This document shows positions 9,162 to 18,889 of a stretch of 64,000 bases of DNA, piece after piece. The translations under genes and the position numbers were made by a program. Source of the stretch: a bacterium (GTDB taxonomy: Bacteria; Patescibacteriota; Dojkabacteria; SC72); the NCBI GenBank assembly GCA_021463465.1, contig JAJTYH010000003.1, forward strand, positions 351,942 through 415,941, in the 5' to 3' direction. Under the pieces are notes generated by a model. The model was not told the origin of the DNA. It did not search any database and saw nothing but the letters and a program-made list of their open reading frames with translations. The first letter of the stretch is position 1. The number at the start of each line of letters is the position of its first letter.

Positions 9162-10086
9162 AATTATACCAGGCGTTATTACAGGGATTCTTGCTCTTGC
9201 CTTGCTTATGTTTGGGTACGTGCTATATGAGCCAAAGCCGCAAGTGAGCTTTGAAACCCTTTCGTACATTGAACCAATTGCCCAGAGCCAATCAATGCAT
9301 GATTTGGGAGAAATTTCTAAATTCAAAACGCAAATCGGTCGAGTAAACTGGAAGAAAGTGAAGGCCGATTCAGTGTATGCGTTCAACCCTATTACTGGAC
9401 AGATATATTTTGCACGTAAGGAGCATACGCGACGCCCAATTGCGAGCATCACAAAGTTAGTGACGGCACTGACAGCATCGAATGTTTACAAATTGAATGA
9501 AACTCTTAAAATTGTTAAACCTATGCCAAGCATGGATAGGGCTATTGGGTTGAAGTTCGGAGATGAAATCGAGGTTGAAGATTTGATAAAGTGTGGACTC
9601 ATTGGCTCCCACAACGATTGCTCGAATACTTTAGCCTACCAATTCCCTTCAGGTTATGACAGGTTCATTAAAGAAATGAATCTTGTAGCAAAAGACTTAG
9701 GAATGGAGAATAGTCGGTTTAATAATCCCACAGGGTTTATTGATGACGGAAACTACTCAACAGCAAGTGATGTAGGCAGGTTGGCTTCAGCATTTGTAAG
9801 GAATGAAAAACTTTTGAAAATTACAGATAAAACCAAAGCTACAGTAAGTATTAATGGTGTTGATCCCAGAAAGGTGAATATCACTTCTACCAATATTTTA
9901 CTTTCTGAAATCAAAGAATTGAGTGGTCTGAAAACAGGTTTTACATATAAAGCAGGTGAGTGCCTGGTACTCTATTATGATTTCAACGGTGATAACAAGC
10001 TTATTACCGTGGTACTAAACTCTCCCGACAGGTTCGCTGATTCCAAGGTTTTAATGGAACTTGTTCAAGAAGCTTTTAGGAATTAA
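9097..10086 (+). CDS. D-alanyl-D-alanine carboxypeptidase (peptidase S11)
   Basis: IASITK (SxxK), SHN (SxN), FNNPTG, LKTGFT..AG.CL and an N-terminal TM. The annotated start overlaps aspS by 65 nt. Confidence 0.9.
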   Translation: MTLLKPYNPTRFRKAQASPKNKIIPGVITGILALALLMFGYVLYEPKPQVSFETLSYIEPIAQSQSMHDLGEISKFKTQIGRVNWKKVKADSVYAFNPITGQIYFARKEHTRRPIASITKLVTALTASNVYKLNETLKIVKPMPSMDRAIGLKFGDEIEVEDLIKCGLIGSHNDCSNTLAYQFPSGYDRFIKEMNLVAKDLGMENSRFNNPTGFIDDGNYSTASDVGRLASAFVRNEKLLKITDKTKATVSINGVDPRKVNITSTNILLSEIKELSGLKTGFTYKAGECLVLYYDFNGDNKLITVVLNSPDRFADSKVLMELVQEAFRN

Positions 10087-11405
10087 AAGAATCCAATCCC
10101 AGTATCTTCCTTAGGGACTTCTTGTTCCGCAATCTTGTTTTTCACTAGATTGTAATCTATCGCTGGTACATAGTAGTGGAAAATTCCTACGACTCCAGTA
10201 CTTAATGTAGCCTCACCTGAAATAATATATACAGGTTGCAAGAACTTGGCTTCGGTTTGCGGTTCATAATAACCTAAGGTTATGTTATATATTCTGAAAC
10301 TGCTGACCTTACGAGGTATGTATGTAGCAACATCGTCCCCATTTTTCTCATTGAGATATATCAAACTACCCTTACCTTGTTGCACGGTTTCTAGTGCAGT
10401 TTGGGGAGGAATCAGTTGATAAGTGCCACAAGCTTGTGGGTCGATAGGCCAGTAGGTAAAGTCAGCTCCGTAAACGTACCTGGCGTTGGTATCTTGGGTT
10501 TTGTCTCTGTCATTTTTAGGGCCAATGTAGACTGAGATATTGGGATGGTTTGGGTCTTGGAATGCAACGATAGTATCGAAATTGTATATATCGATTCGTC
10601 CTTTATCTGAAAGAATTGAGTCAGTAGTACTTTTGAATAGCTTCTTTTCCAAACTGTCTCGAATACGTTTAGCATCCTGCAGGTCACTTCTGACGGAAAT
10701 TAAAGGCTTCTGCCGATAAAAGTCTACTCTGAGTAATTCTGCATCTGCTCTGGATCTGGCCTGAGTGTAGGTGCCGTTTGGTTGGATATTTATGTTAACG
10801 ACTTTTGGGGTGATTTTGAAATAATCTTCAAATAACAATCCTTTGCCTCTTAGATAGTTAGAAGCTAAGTTGATAGCTTCGTTTTCGTTAGGAAGAGCAC
10901 TACTGTTATCGATTGCACCAATACGTGTGAAATCAGTTCGTAGTTGGAAGTTTAAATTACGGGCTTGAACAACTAGGGTTCTAAAGTTCTTAGAGTCATA
11001 CCATATGTACTCTGCACTACCTCTGCGCTGAAGTAGGTTTGGGTTGAACCCCAGTTTCTCTGCAATGATTTTTGATTCTCCTTGTGCATTAAGTGATTGC
11101 CCAGGGATACTAAATTTGTGTGTATTAACAACTCTGGGTAATGAGTCAACTTGACCTGATTGTGTTTCTAGTTCAAAGACTAAGTCCGAACCAGCGGCAA
11201 GTGAAAGAGAAGGGATTTCAAGTTTATTTTTCAAGAAATCATCGCGGAGTTCAGTACATGCGTAGTTAGGAGTGAGGAAGTCTCCTGGATCCTGTGTAGC
11301 ATTGAGTGCCAATATTACAGTCACAGCAATGATCATGATTACCAGACCGATACCTCCAATCACTCCGAAACGTTTTGTCCAGTGGGCTGCCTCAGTTAAA
11401 GTCAT
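10083..11405 (-). CDS. Hypothetical membrane-anchored exported protein
   Basis: 440 aa, single N-terminal TM, C-terminal LGYY..FLQPVY motif; -10 box (TGcTATGAT) 6 nt before the ATG. Confidence 0.75.
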   Translation of the reverse strand: MTLTEAAHWTKRFGVIGGIGLVIMIIAVTVILALNATQDPGDFLTPNYACTELRDDFLKNKLEIPSLSLAAGSDLVFELETQSGQVDSLPRVVNTHKFSIPGQSLNAQGESKIIAEKLGFNPNLLQRRGSAEYIWYDSKNFRTLVVQARNLNFQLRTDFTRIGAIDNSSALPNENEAINLASNYLRGKGLLFEDYFKITPKVVNINIQPNGTYTQARSRADAELLRVDFYRQKPLISVRSDLQDAKRIRDSLEKKLFKSTTDSILSDKGRIDIYNFDTIVAFQDPNHPNISVYIGPKNDRDKTQDTNARYVYGADFTYWPIDPQACGTYQLIPPQTALETVQQGKGSLIYLNEKNGDDVATYIPRKVSSFRIYNITLGYYEPQTEAKFLQPVYIISGEATLSTGVVGIFHYYVPAIDYNLVKNKIAEQEVPKEDTGIGFF

Positions 11406-11447
11406 GGTATAATCATAGCAACTGATTACTTAGTCTTCAATCGACTT

Positions 11448-13004
11448 ATGCAACAAAGATTTAGGGCCGCACCAAGCCCTACAGGTAAGGTTCATATTGG
11501 TACTATTCGAGCATATTTACCTAACTTTTTGTTGGCCAAAAAGTATGGGGGAAAAAATATATTGAGAATTGAGGATACTGATCAGACTAGGCTAGTACCA
11601 AATGGAGTTGAAGCTATGATTGAAGCCTACGAAGAGGTGGGTATTTCCTTTGATGAAGGTCCCCACAAAGAGGGAGATTTTGGCCCGTATATACAATCTC
11701 AAAGACTCGATATTTATAAGAAATATGCTCAAGAGCTTTTGGATAATGATTATGCTTATTACTGTTTCTGTACTAAAGAACGCCTTGAAGAATTAAGGGA
11801 AACCCAAAAAGCAAATAAACAGAAACCAAGATACGATGGATTTTGTAGGAATATAGACAAGAGTGAGGCATTGAAACGGGTTAATGATGGGGAAGCACAT
11901 GTTATTCGAATGAAGTTTCCCCAGGAAGGTGGAACTGTTTGTCATGATCTTATATTTGGTAAAGTGAGCGTAAAAAATAGTGATGTAGAGGATCAGGTAT
12001 TAATGAAGGCCGATGGTTTTCCAACTTATCATCTAGCAGTTGTTGTAGACGATCATTTAATGGGAATAACCACTGCAATTCGAGGAGTAGATTGGCTCCC
12101 AAGTTTCCCTAAGCATGTAAAACTTTATGAATTCTTTGGATGGGAACTTCCCAAATTTGCACATTTGCCATTAATACTTAATCCAGACGGTAGAAAGAAA
12201 CTAAGTAAAAGGCATGGAGCTTTTCCAGTCAGTCAGATCTTGAGAAAAGGATATTTAAAAGAGGCTGTAATGAACTATGCCATGTTGTGTGGGTGGTCTC
12301 CAAAACCGGAGCTTGCGCATCAGGATGAGATTTACACTGTAGAAGAATTAATAAAACTGTTTGATTTGGATAGAGTTCATAAAACGGCTGCTCGATACGA
12401 TCAGGCTAAATTTGATTATATTAACTCTAAACATATTAGACGTCTTACCATTGATCAGTTTTCAGAAAGGATTATTGATTGGGCAAAGAGATATGTGATG
12501 CGAAGATTTATTAGCGATGAGTACACCGAAGCAGCGGAGTGGGAAGCAGAAGTAAAAAGTTTTGTAGAGAAGTATCTACCTTTATGGGAGAAAGACTTGG
12601 AGTATTTCAAGCGAGCTTTAGCACTCGAGCATGAAAGGATAACGGTTTTATCCGAGGTTCCTTCTGCTTTAGACTTTTTCTATGAGAAAGAATTAAGTTG
12701 GGAGGATAGTGATTGGAATACCAAGAATCATACTAAGTCAGAATTGGCTGATGCTTTAGAAAAGCTGCTTCCAAGATTAGAAGAAATTTTCAAAGGAAAT
12801 CAGTTTGACCATGAAGCATGGGAGAAAGTTGTCAGAGGATTAGCGGATGAATTAAACTGGAAACATGGAGATATGTTCATGGCGGTAAGGTCGGCTACAA
12901 CTGGTCGTTTACAGAGTCCTCCACTACTTGAAAGTTTTGAAATTATGGGTTGGGAGAAAGTAAAAGCTTTTGTAGAGCAAGCCATTGTTTGGTTGAGAAA
13001 ATAG
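11448..13004 (+). CDS. gltX: Glutamyl-tRNA synthetase
   Basis: RAAPSPTG.VHIG, LRIEDTD, AYYCFC, PTYHLAVVVDD, KLSKRHG. Confidence 0.97.
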   Translation: MQQRFRAAPSPTGKVHIGTIRAYLPNFLLAKKYGGKNILRIEDTDQTRLVPNGVEAMIEAYEEVGISFDEGPHKEGDFGPYIQSQRLDIYKKYAQELLDNDYAYYCFCTKERLEELRETQKANKQKPRYDGFCRNIDKSEALKRVNDGEAHVIRMKFPQEGGTVCHDLIFGKVSVKNSDVEDQVLMKADGFPTYHLAVVVDDHLMGITTAIRGVDWLPSFPKHVKLYEFFGWELPKFAHLPLILNPDGRKKLSKRHGAFPVSQILRKGYLKEAVMNYAMLCGWSPKPELAHQDEIYTVEELIKLFDLDRVHKTAARYDQAKFDYINSKHIRRLTIDQFSERIIDWAKRYVMRRFISDEYTEAAEWEAEVKSFVEKYLPLWEKDLEYFKRALALEHERITVLSEVPSALDFFYEKELSWEDSDWNTKNHTKSELADALEKLLPRLEEIFKGNQFDHEAWEKVVRGLADELNWKHGDMFMAVRSATTGRLQSPPLLESFEIMGWEKVKAFVEQAIVWLRK

Positions 13005-13033
13005 TTTGAAGATAATATAATTCTCGTTGCTAT

Positions 13034-13104
13034 TGCCAGGTCGTCTAATGGTAGGACTACGCTCTCTGGAAGCGTGTATCTTAGTTCGAATCTAAGCCTG
13101 GCAA
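13034..13104 (+). tRNA. tRNA-Gln(CTG), CCA not encoded
   Basis: Acceptor TGCCAGG/CCTGGCA; anticodon arm ACGCT-ctCTGga-AGCGT; T arm CTTAG-TTCGAAT-CTAAG; U1-A72. Confidence 0.95.
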
Positions 13105-13126
13105 GATGTTTTAACGTTTAAAACAC

Positions 13127-14038
13127 ATGGCCAATTTACTGCTCGCAATAGTGTTTTTGCTGGTACTTATCAAGTCGTGTGATATCCTCGTCAATCAAGC
13201 AACATCATTAGCTAAAAGATTTAAGGTAAGTAATTTTATCATTGGGTTTGTATTTGTAGCCCTGGGGACCTCCCTCCCTGAGTTAATTGCTAGTGGGCAT
13301 TCAATGTTATTTGGACATCCATCGCTTGCAATATCTAGTATCATTGGAAGTAATGTGGTGAATTTATGTCTAATTCTAGGTGCTGTAGCTTGCTATAAAG
13401 GTTTCAAACTCTCTACCATTGATGCGCACTATAATTTGCCTCTAAATTTTATTGCAACATTACTCTTTATTTTCATTGCTTTCTTGGGTAATCAAACCAT
13501 TACTTGGATATCAGGAGTGATAATGTTGACTGTATACTTTGCTTTAACCGTATTTGTTAATGACCATAATCATGTGGTGAGTCAGATTAAATATCATAAA
13601 CTTAATTGGCTAACGCTGGGGTTATCACTGGTGGTAATAGTGTTTGCAGGTAAATTTGCTGTAGAGAATCTGCTAGCTTTTGCAACGGAATTTGGCGTGG
13701 GAGAAACCGTTGTGGGCGCTATTATTGCCGCTCTGATAACCTCACTGCCAGAATTTATCACTGCAATGGTTGCTGTACGCAAAGGAAATGCCGAACTTGG
13801 GGTAGGGAGTATCATTGGGTCGAACATTTTCAACCTCTTCTTTGTCATTGCGATCTGCTCATTCATAAATCCGATTAATTTGGTCGGTTTTGGTGATGAA
13901 TTACTTTTGCTTGCAGTAGCTACACTTAGCTCAGTTATATTAGCTTTAAGTGGGAAACGATACTACTTTAGTCGTAATGAAGGTTTAGTTTTATTACTAT
14001 TTTATCTAGTTTTTCTATACCTACAGGTTCACATTTAA
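13127..14038 (+). CDS. Ca2+/Na+ antiporter (YrbG/CaCA family)
   Basis: GTSLPEL...IGSNVVN and TSLPEF...IGSNIFN alpha-repeats; multiple TM helices. Confidence 0.9.
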   Translation: MANLLLAIVFLLVLIKSCDILVNQATSLAKRFKVSNFIIGFVFVALGTSLPELIASGHSMLFGHPSLAISSIIGSNVVNLCLILGAVACYKGFKLSTIDAHYNLPLNFIATLLFIFIAFLGNQTITWISGVIMLTVYFALTVFVNDHNHVVSQIKYHKLNWLTLGLSLVVIVFAGKFAVENLLAFATEFGVGETVVGAIIAALITSLPEFITAMVAVRKGNAELGVGSIIGSNIFNLFFVIAICSFINPINLVGFGDELLLLAVATLSSVILALSGKRYYFSRNEGLVLLLFYLVFLYLQVHI

Positions 14039-14090
14039 AGTATGATGCTATATAATCGACTCATAATAATGTCACATTCGCACTATATAC

Positions 14091-15605
14091 ATGTCAGTTA
14101 GCGATAAACCTAAAGTTCTTGTTGATCTCTCTCTTGCAATCCTTGAAAATTCTGGAATACCTCTTGATACTAAATGGCTTTTTCGCCAGCTTGCGACAAG
14201 TAAAAAGATTGATCTTTCGGGCTTGATATATTCAATAGATCGACAAAACATAGACTTCTCGCTTAAGAATGGAGTCGACAGACACAAGCTTTTGAGATAC
14301 TCCCAGTACATTGCTTTACTTAGTTCTTTTGATGAGGAAACCAATCAATTACTCTCAAAAGTTTTTCCTTTAAGGCTATTAAAAAGACTAAGACACATTT
14401 ACAAAATATATTTTAAGCGCACCTTTAAGTTGTGGGAGAAAGAGAGTCCCATGTTTAATGATGCAATTTTCAACATTTTTTTTGAAAGTGGTTTGGCATC
14501 AAGTGATAGAGATTTGATTTTGCAGAGTAAATTTTATTTCACTGACTTCTTCAAACACGCTCTTATGACCCGAGTAAATAGCCCATTTCCTGCCATGTTG
14601 CCTAAGGTAGACACTAGGGGTTTTGATATAGTTATTCACCAAGATTCTACCCCAGTGGAACTTTCAAAGGGAACTTTAAAAGTGATTCGATACCACGACC
14701 CAATTCCACTTACAAGTCCAGATATGTTTAAAAATCCCCATGGTAACGCTACTTTGCACTACAAGTCGGTGAGTTTATGTGCTAAACAAGGGGCTGTATA
14801 TGTGTGTAATAGCGGTCCAGTAGAAGAAGAATTACTTGAACTTTTCCCGCAATTAGAGGGAAGAACTACAACTATTCCTTACACAATTTCTCCAATTTAT
14901 GACAAAAAGGTAAAGGACTACCAAACTCTTTTTGATATCTTAGAAATGCGACAATCTCCGAAATTCGAAAAAACACATCCAATGTGGAGTTCATATTTTA
15001 ATAAGATGCGTAAAACGCCTAAGAAGTTCCGGTATATTGCCGAAGTGGCGACTGTTGAACCAAGAAAGAATCACTTGAGAGCACTTAGGGCCTTTACGAT
15101 TGCAAAATCGCGACTCAAGAAAAAAGGAATTGATTTGAAATTTGTAATAGTAGGAGGTTTAGGGTGGAAATATGATCGAATATTAAAAGAGTTGCAGCCT
15201 CTCATAACAAGAGGTGATGTTGTACTAATGGAGAATATGCACCCTAGAGAACTTAAATATCTTTTCAGTCACGCTGATGCGTTTCTCTTTCCAACTCTAA
15301 AAGAGGGTTTTGGACTACCACCTGTAGAGGCGATGCTGTGTGAGACGCCAGTAATTTCTTCAGATATTAAAGTGCACAGGTGGGTTCAGGGTGAAGCTGC
15401 TCATTATGTAAATCCTTATGATTTCGAGGATATTGCAGATAAGATTGAATATGTTGTGGCTAACAAGAGTAAGAAGGATGTTCAGGATAAGATTGCGAAA
15501 GGGAAGGTGCGTGCGAGGAGGTATTCTTCTTCCGAAAATGAAAAAAGATGGGATGAATTTTTTGATGATTACAAAGCAGGAAGATACGATAAGCCTCTCA
15601 ATTAG
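14091..15605 (+). CDS. GT4 (GT-B) glycosyltransferase
   Basis: TVEPRKN, FLFPTLKEGFGLPPVEAM...PVISSD. Confidence 0.9.
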   Translation: MSVSDKPKVLVDLSLAILENSGIPLDTKWLFRQLATSKKIDLSGLIYSIDRQNIDFSLKNGVDRHKLLRYSQYIALLSSFDEETNQLLSKVFPLRLLKRLRHIYKIYFKRTFKLWEKESPMFNDAIFNIFFESGLASSDRDLILQSKFYFTDFFKHALMTRVNSPFPAMLPKVDTRGFDIVIHQDSTPVELSKGTLKVIRYHDPIPLTSPDMFKNPHGNATLHYKSVSLCAKQGAVYVCNSGPVEEELLELFPQLEGRTTTIPYTISPIYDKKVKDYQTLFDILEMRQSPKFEKTHPMWSSYFNKMRKTPKKFRYIAEVATVEPRKNHLRALRAFTIAKSRLKKKGIDLKFVIVGGLGWKYDRILKELQPLITRGDVVLMENMHPRELKYLFSHADAFLFPTLKEGFGLPPVEAMLCETPVISSDIKVHRWVQGEAAHYVNPYDFEDIADKIEYVVANKSKKDVQDKIAKGKVRARRYSSSENEKRWDEFFDDYKAGRYDKPLN

Positions 15606-16333
15606 CTTCTCGAATAGTAGGCAAGGACTTCTTTAGGTTTACCTTCTTTGATTATCTCTCCGTCTTCGATTAGAATTGCTCTGTCACAAAAGCTTTCCAC
15701 TAGGTCAGGGGCATGAGATACAAAGATGAATGTTTTCCCCTCTGCTTTGAGTTTGGCGAAAACGGCACGGCATTTCTGTTGAAAGTGAATGTCTCCTACA
15801 GCAAATACTTCATCTAAGACATAGATGTCTGCAGACGACATGAATGCAATCGAAAATGCAAGTCGGACTTGCATCCCTGAGGAGAAGTTCTTCAATGGTA
15901 AATTTAGAAACTCTCTGATTTCAGCAAAGTCTACAATTTCATCAAACTTCTTTTTTATGAATTCTTTTGTCATTCCAAGGATAATGCCGTTTAGAAAAAT
16001 GTTTTCATATGCTGTCAGTTCAGGATGGAACCCTACTCCTAGCTCTAAGAAAGGTACAAGTACACCATGAATAGAGACTGTTCCTTTGTCAGGCTGATAG
16101 ATTCCTGCAAGTACTTTTAGTAGAGTTGATTTACCCGAGCCATTATTTCCTAGTATTGCTAGGTTTTCCCCTTCATTAACCTTTAAATTTATGTTCTTTA
16201 ATGCCCGGAACTTTTTTGTCCTTGTAGCATCAAGTGGATTACGTAAATACTCTATTAAAGTATTCCTTTTCTCTGTTGGAATTTTGAAGGTTTTTTCTAA
16301 CCCTTTTACTTCGACAGCAAGTTTTCTTTCCAT
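15602..16333 (-). CDS. wzt: Polysaccharide ABC exporter ATPase (Wzt/TagH-like)
   Basis: GNNGSGKST, LGVGFHPELT, FSSGMQVRLAFS, LDEVFAVGD. Confidence 0.9.
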   Translation of the reverse strand: MERKLAVEVKGLEKTFKIPTEKRNTLIEYLRNPLDATRTKKFRALKNINLKVNEGENLAILGNNGSGKSTLLKVLAGIYQPDKGTVSIHGVLVPFLELGVGFHPELTAYENIFLNGIILGMTKEFIKKKFDEIVDFAEIREFLNLPLKNFSSGMQVRLAFSIAFMSSADIYVLDEVFAVGDIHFQQKCRAVFAKLKAEGKTFIFVSHAPDLVESFCDRAILIEDGEIIKEGKPKEVLAYYSRS

Positions 16334-16335
16334 GA

Positions 16336-17109
16336 TTAAATGTATTCGGCTATCTTACGTATCTTATTATTAAAAAAGAGATGTCCAATGAAAGTCAAAA
16401 GTAGGGAGGCAAAGAGTAGTATTATTGCTTTTTCCCACATCTCAGGTGTGATGTGTGAAGCATTGAGGATACCTGTACGAAGCAAGGAAAGGACATGGGT
16501 TAAAGGGTTTAGCAGTACAAGGTTTCTCATTGTTTCGGGAAGTACTTCAAGTTGATAAATTACCGGACTAGACCAGAATACAAGCTGAAGTAGTAACTCT
16601 ACTAAATGCCGAATGTCGTGGAACTTTACAGCCTGGATGCTTAAAAAAAGTGAAATACCTAATATAATGAGTAATAACGAAAGTAGGCTTACAAATGCTA
16701 GTAACAAACCTTCGAAGTTAGTATGCAAGGACCCAAATGCTGCAAATACGGTGAAGATTCCTAGGTTAATTATGAAGTTTATAACGGCGATCGATACGGA
16801 GCTAAATACGACTACCTCCCTCGGAAAGTTAATCTTCATTATGATATGTGCTTTGTTAAATAATGCCTGCAATCCGAAATTAATTCCCTCGTTAAAGAAG
16901 TTAATTGTAATCACACCTAAAAGCAGATAGAGGGCAAACTCGGGCCCAGTTTTGAATAATGAAGACCATACAAAGTAGAGTACGGTAAACAGAGCCAAAG
17001 GTTTGAAAATCACCCAGAGTAAACCTAAGGTAGAATGTTTGTAACGTAGTTTGAAGTCAGTGACAAAAAACTCTTTCCAAAGATCAATATTGTTTCCGTG
17101 TCGATTCAT
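16336..17109 (-). CDS. wzm: Polysaccharide ABC exporter permease (Wzm/TagG-like)
   Basis: DFKLRYK.S.LG.LW...PL, KINFP, SPVIY, LNPL; TGATG overlap with the upstream epimerase gene. Confidence 0.9.
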   Translation of the reverse strand: MNRHGNNIDLWKEFFVTDFKLRYKHSTLGLLWVIFKPLALFTVLYFVWSSLFKTGPEFALYLLLGVITINFFNEGINFGLQALFNKAHIIMKINFPREVVVFSSVSIAVINFIINLGIFTVFAAFGSLHTNFEGLLLAFVSLLSLLLIILGISLFLSIQAVKFHDIRHLVELLLQLVFWSSPVIYQLEVLPETMRNLVLLNPLTHVLSLLRTGILNASHITPEMWEKAIILLFASLLLTFIGHLFFNNKIRKIAEYI

Positions 17110-18134
17110 CAAACCAAATCCTTAAATAATTTCTTGTTGGCCTTAATCCATTCAAAGAGTTTACCAACCCCTTCTTTAACACCGATTTCAGGTTTCCATC
17201 CAAAGCTTTGATGTGCTTTAGTAATATCGCACACAAAAACTTTCTGGTCACCAGGTCTCCACTCGCCAAAATTATACCTTATCTTCTTGTTAAAGAAGCC
17301 TTCTAAGAAGGAAATCAATTCAAGGAGAGACATCTGATTTTGCGATCCCCCTCCTACGTTGTAAATCTGACCGTTAGTACTATTACTTTCGAAGGCCATC
17401 TCATACGCTCGGACCAAGTCATCGATAAAAAGAACATCTCGTGTTTGTTTACCATCACCATAGATAGTAATTGCCTTGTTATGCATGGTAGCAATTGTAA
17501 ACCAAGCTACCCAGCCTTGATCTTCCACTCCGAATTGTCGATAACCGTAAATGCATGATTGTCTGAAAACTACTGTTTTCAATCCATAAATTCGACTATA
17601 ATCCCTTACATATTGATCTCCTGCACCTTTTGAGCATCCGTACGGAGAGTGAAAGTCCAAAAAACGATTCTCAGGAATACCTAAAGGCAAATTTTTGTAC
17701 TCGTATCTACCGTTAGTTTCAAACTCTTCTACATCTTCCATCCCTCCGTAGACCTTATTGGTTGAGGCATAGATTAATTTGGCATCTTTAGCAAAGTTTC
17801 TCATAGCCTCGAGCACGTTGAAAGTACCTTGAGCATTAATTTCAAAATCGTTACGAGGATCAGTAACAGAGAGAGTCACCGTGGTTTGCGCTGCAAGGTG
17901 AAGTATATGAGTGATAGGGTTTGGTTTGAAAGCTTTTTCTAAATCAGAGTATTTACGAATATCCCCTTTTACAAATTTAATATCGTAATTGTCTTGTAAC
18001 CACTTTAGGTTATCTTTTGAGCCTTTACGTGAAAGATTATCGAAAACAACTACGTTCCAGCCTTTATCTTTGAAATATCTAGCGCTGTTGCTACCTATAA
18101 AACCCGCTCCGCCAGTGATTAAGAGTGTATTCAT
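17109..18134 (-). CDS. NAD-dependent nucleotide-sugar epimerase, CDP-paratose 2-epimerase (RfbE)-like
   Basis: TGGAGFIGS, STNKVYG, HSPYGCSKGAGDQY, FRQSCIYG..QFG.EDQGW, WRPGDQ. Confidence 0.85.
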   Translation of the reverse strand: MNTLLITGGAGFIGSNSARYFKDKGWNVVVFDNLSRKGSKDNLKWLQDNYDIKFVKGDIRKYSDLEKAFKPNPITHILHLAAQTTVTLSVTDPRNDFEINAQGTFNVLEAMRNFAKDAKLIYASTNKVYGGMEDVEEFETNGRYEYKNLPLGIPENRFLDFHSPYGCSKGAGDQYVRDYSRIYGLKTVVFRQSCIYGYRQFGVEDQGWVAWFTIATMHNKAITIYGDGKQTRDVLFIDDLVRAYEMAFESNSTNGQIYNVGGGSQNQMSLLELISFLEGFFNKKIRYNFGEWRPGDQKVFVCDITKAHQSFGWKPEIGVKEGVGKLFEWIKANKKLFKDLV

Positions 18135-18223
18135 TTACTGTGCTGTGTGATTAAGAATTAATAAACAGTTTCCATTATAAACATAATTAACTAAGACTGT
18201 AAATTATAGGTTTGGAAATACTG

Positions 18224-18886
18224 TTACCATTTAATTGGTTTAATCCCGTTAGCTTGAAGGTAATAATTAGTTTTACTAAACGGCTTACTTCCGAAAAAAC
18301 CTTTATCAGCGGAAAAGGGTGATGGATGAGGTGACTGAATAATATGGTGTTTGAAAGGATCAATTATTTCACCTTTTCTTTGAGCATATGATCCCCAAAG
18401 TATGAAAACTAAGTTTTCTTTCTCTTCCGATAGGACTCGAATTACGCTGTCTGTGAATTCCTCCCATCCTTTGTTTTGGTGACTGCCTGGATTGTTAGCT
18501 TCAACCGTGAGTGTTGCATTTAGTAGAAGCACTCCTTGTTGAGCCCATCTCTCAAGATTACCAGTTTTAGGAGGTTGTGTACCAAGATCTGATTTTAGCT
18601 CTTTATAAATGTTAGTAAGGGAAGGAGGAATAGTTACTTCATCACTTACTGAAAAAGCTAATCCGTTGGCTTGATTGTAGCCATGATAAGGATCCTGGCC
18701 AATGATAACTACTTTTACACTGCCAAAAGGGCATAGTGCAAAAGCGCTAAATATTTTGCTTGGTGGTGGGTAGACATTGTGTGTTTGATATTGCTGTTTT
18801 GCGAAAGCCACCAGTTGTTTAAAATATTCTTTCTCGAACTCACCTTGTAACTTTTCTTTCCACGATTGTTCGATTTTGACATCCAT
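18224..18886 (-). CDS. ung: Uracil-DNA glycosylase, family 1
   Basis: GQDPYH, PPSL.NI, LLLNATLTV, HPSPFS. Confidence 0.97.
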   Translation of the reverse strand: MDVKIEQSWKEKLQGEFEKEYFKQLVAFAKQQYQTHNVYPPPSKIFSAFALCPFGSVKVVIIGQDPYHGYNQANGLAFSVSDEVTIPPSLTNIYKELKSDLGTQPPKTGNLERWAQQGVLLLNATLTVEANNPGSHQNKGWEEFTDSVIRVLSEEKENLVFILWGSYAQRKGEIIDPFKHHIIQSPHPSPFSADKGFFGSKPFSKTNYYLQANGIKPIKW

Positions 18887-18889
18887 TTT

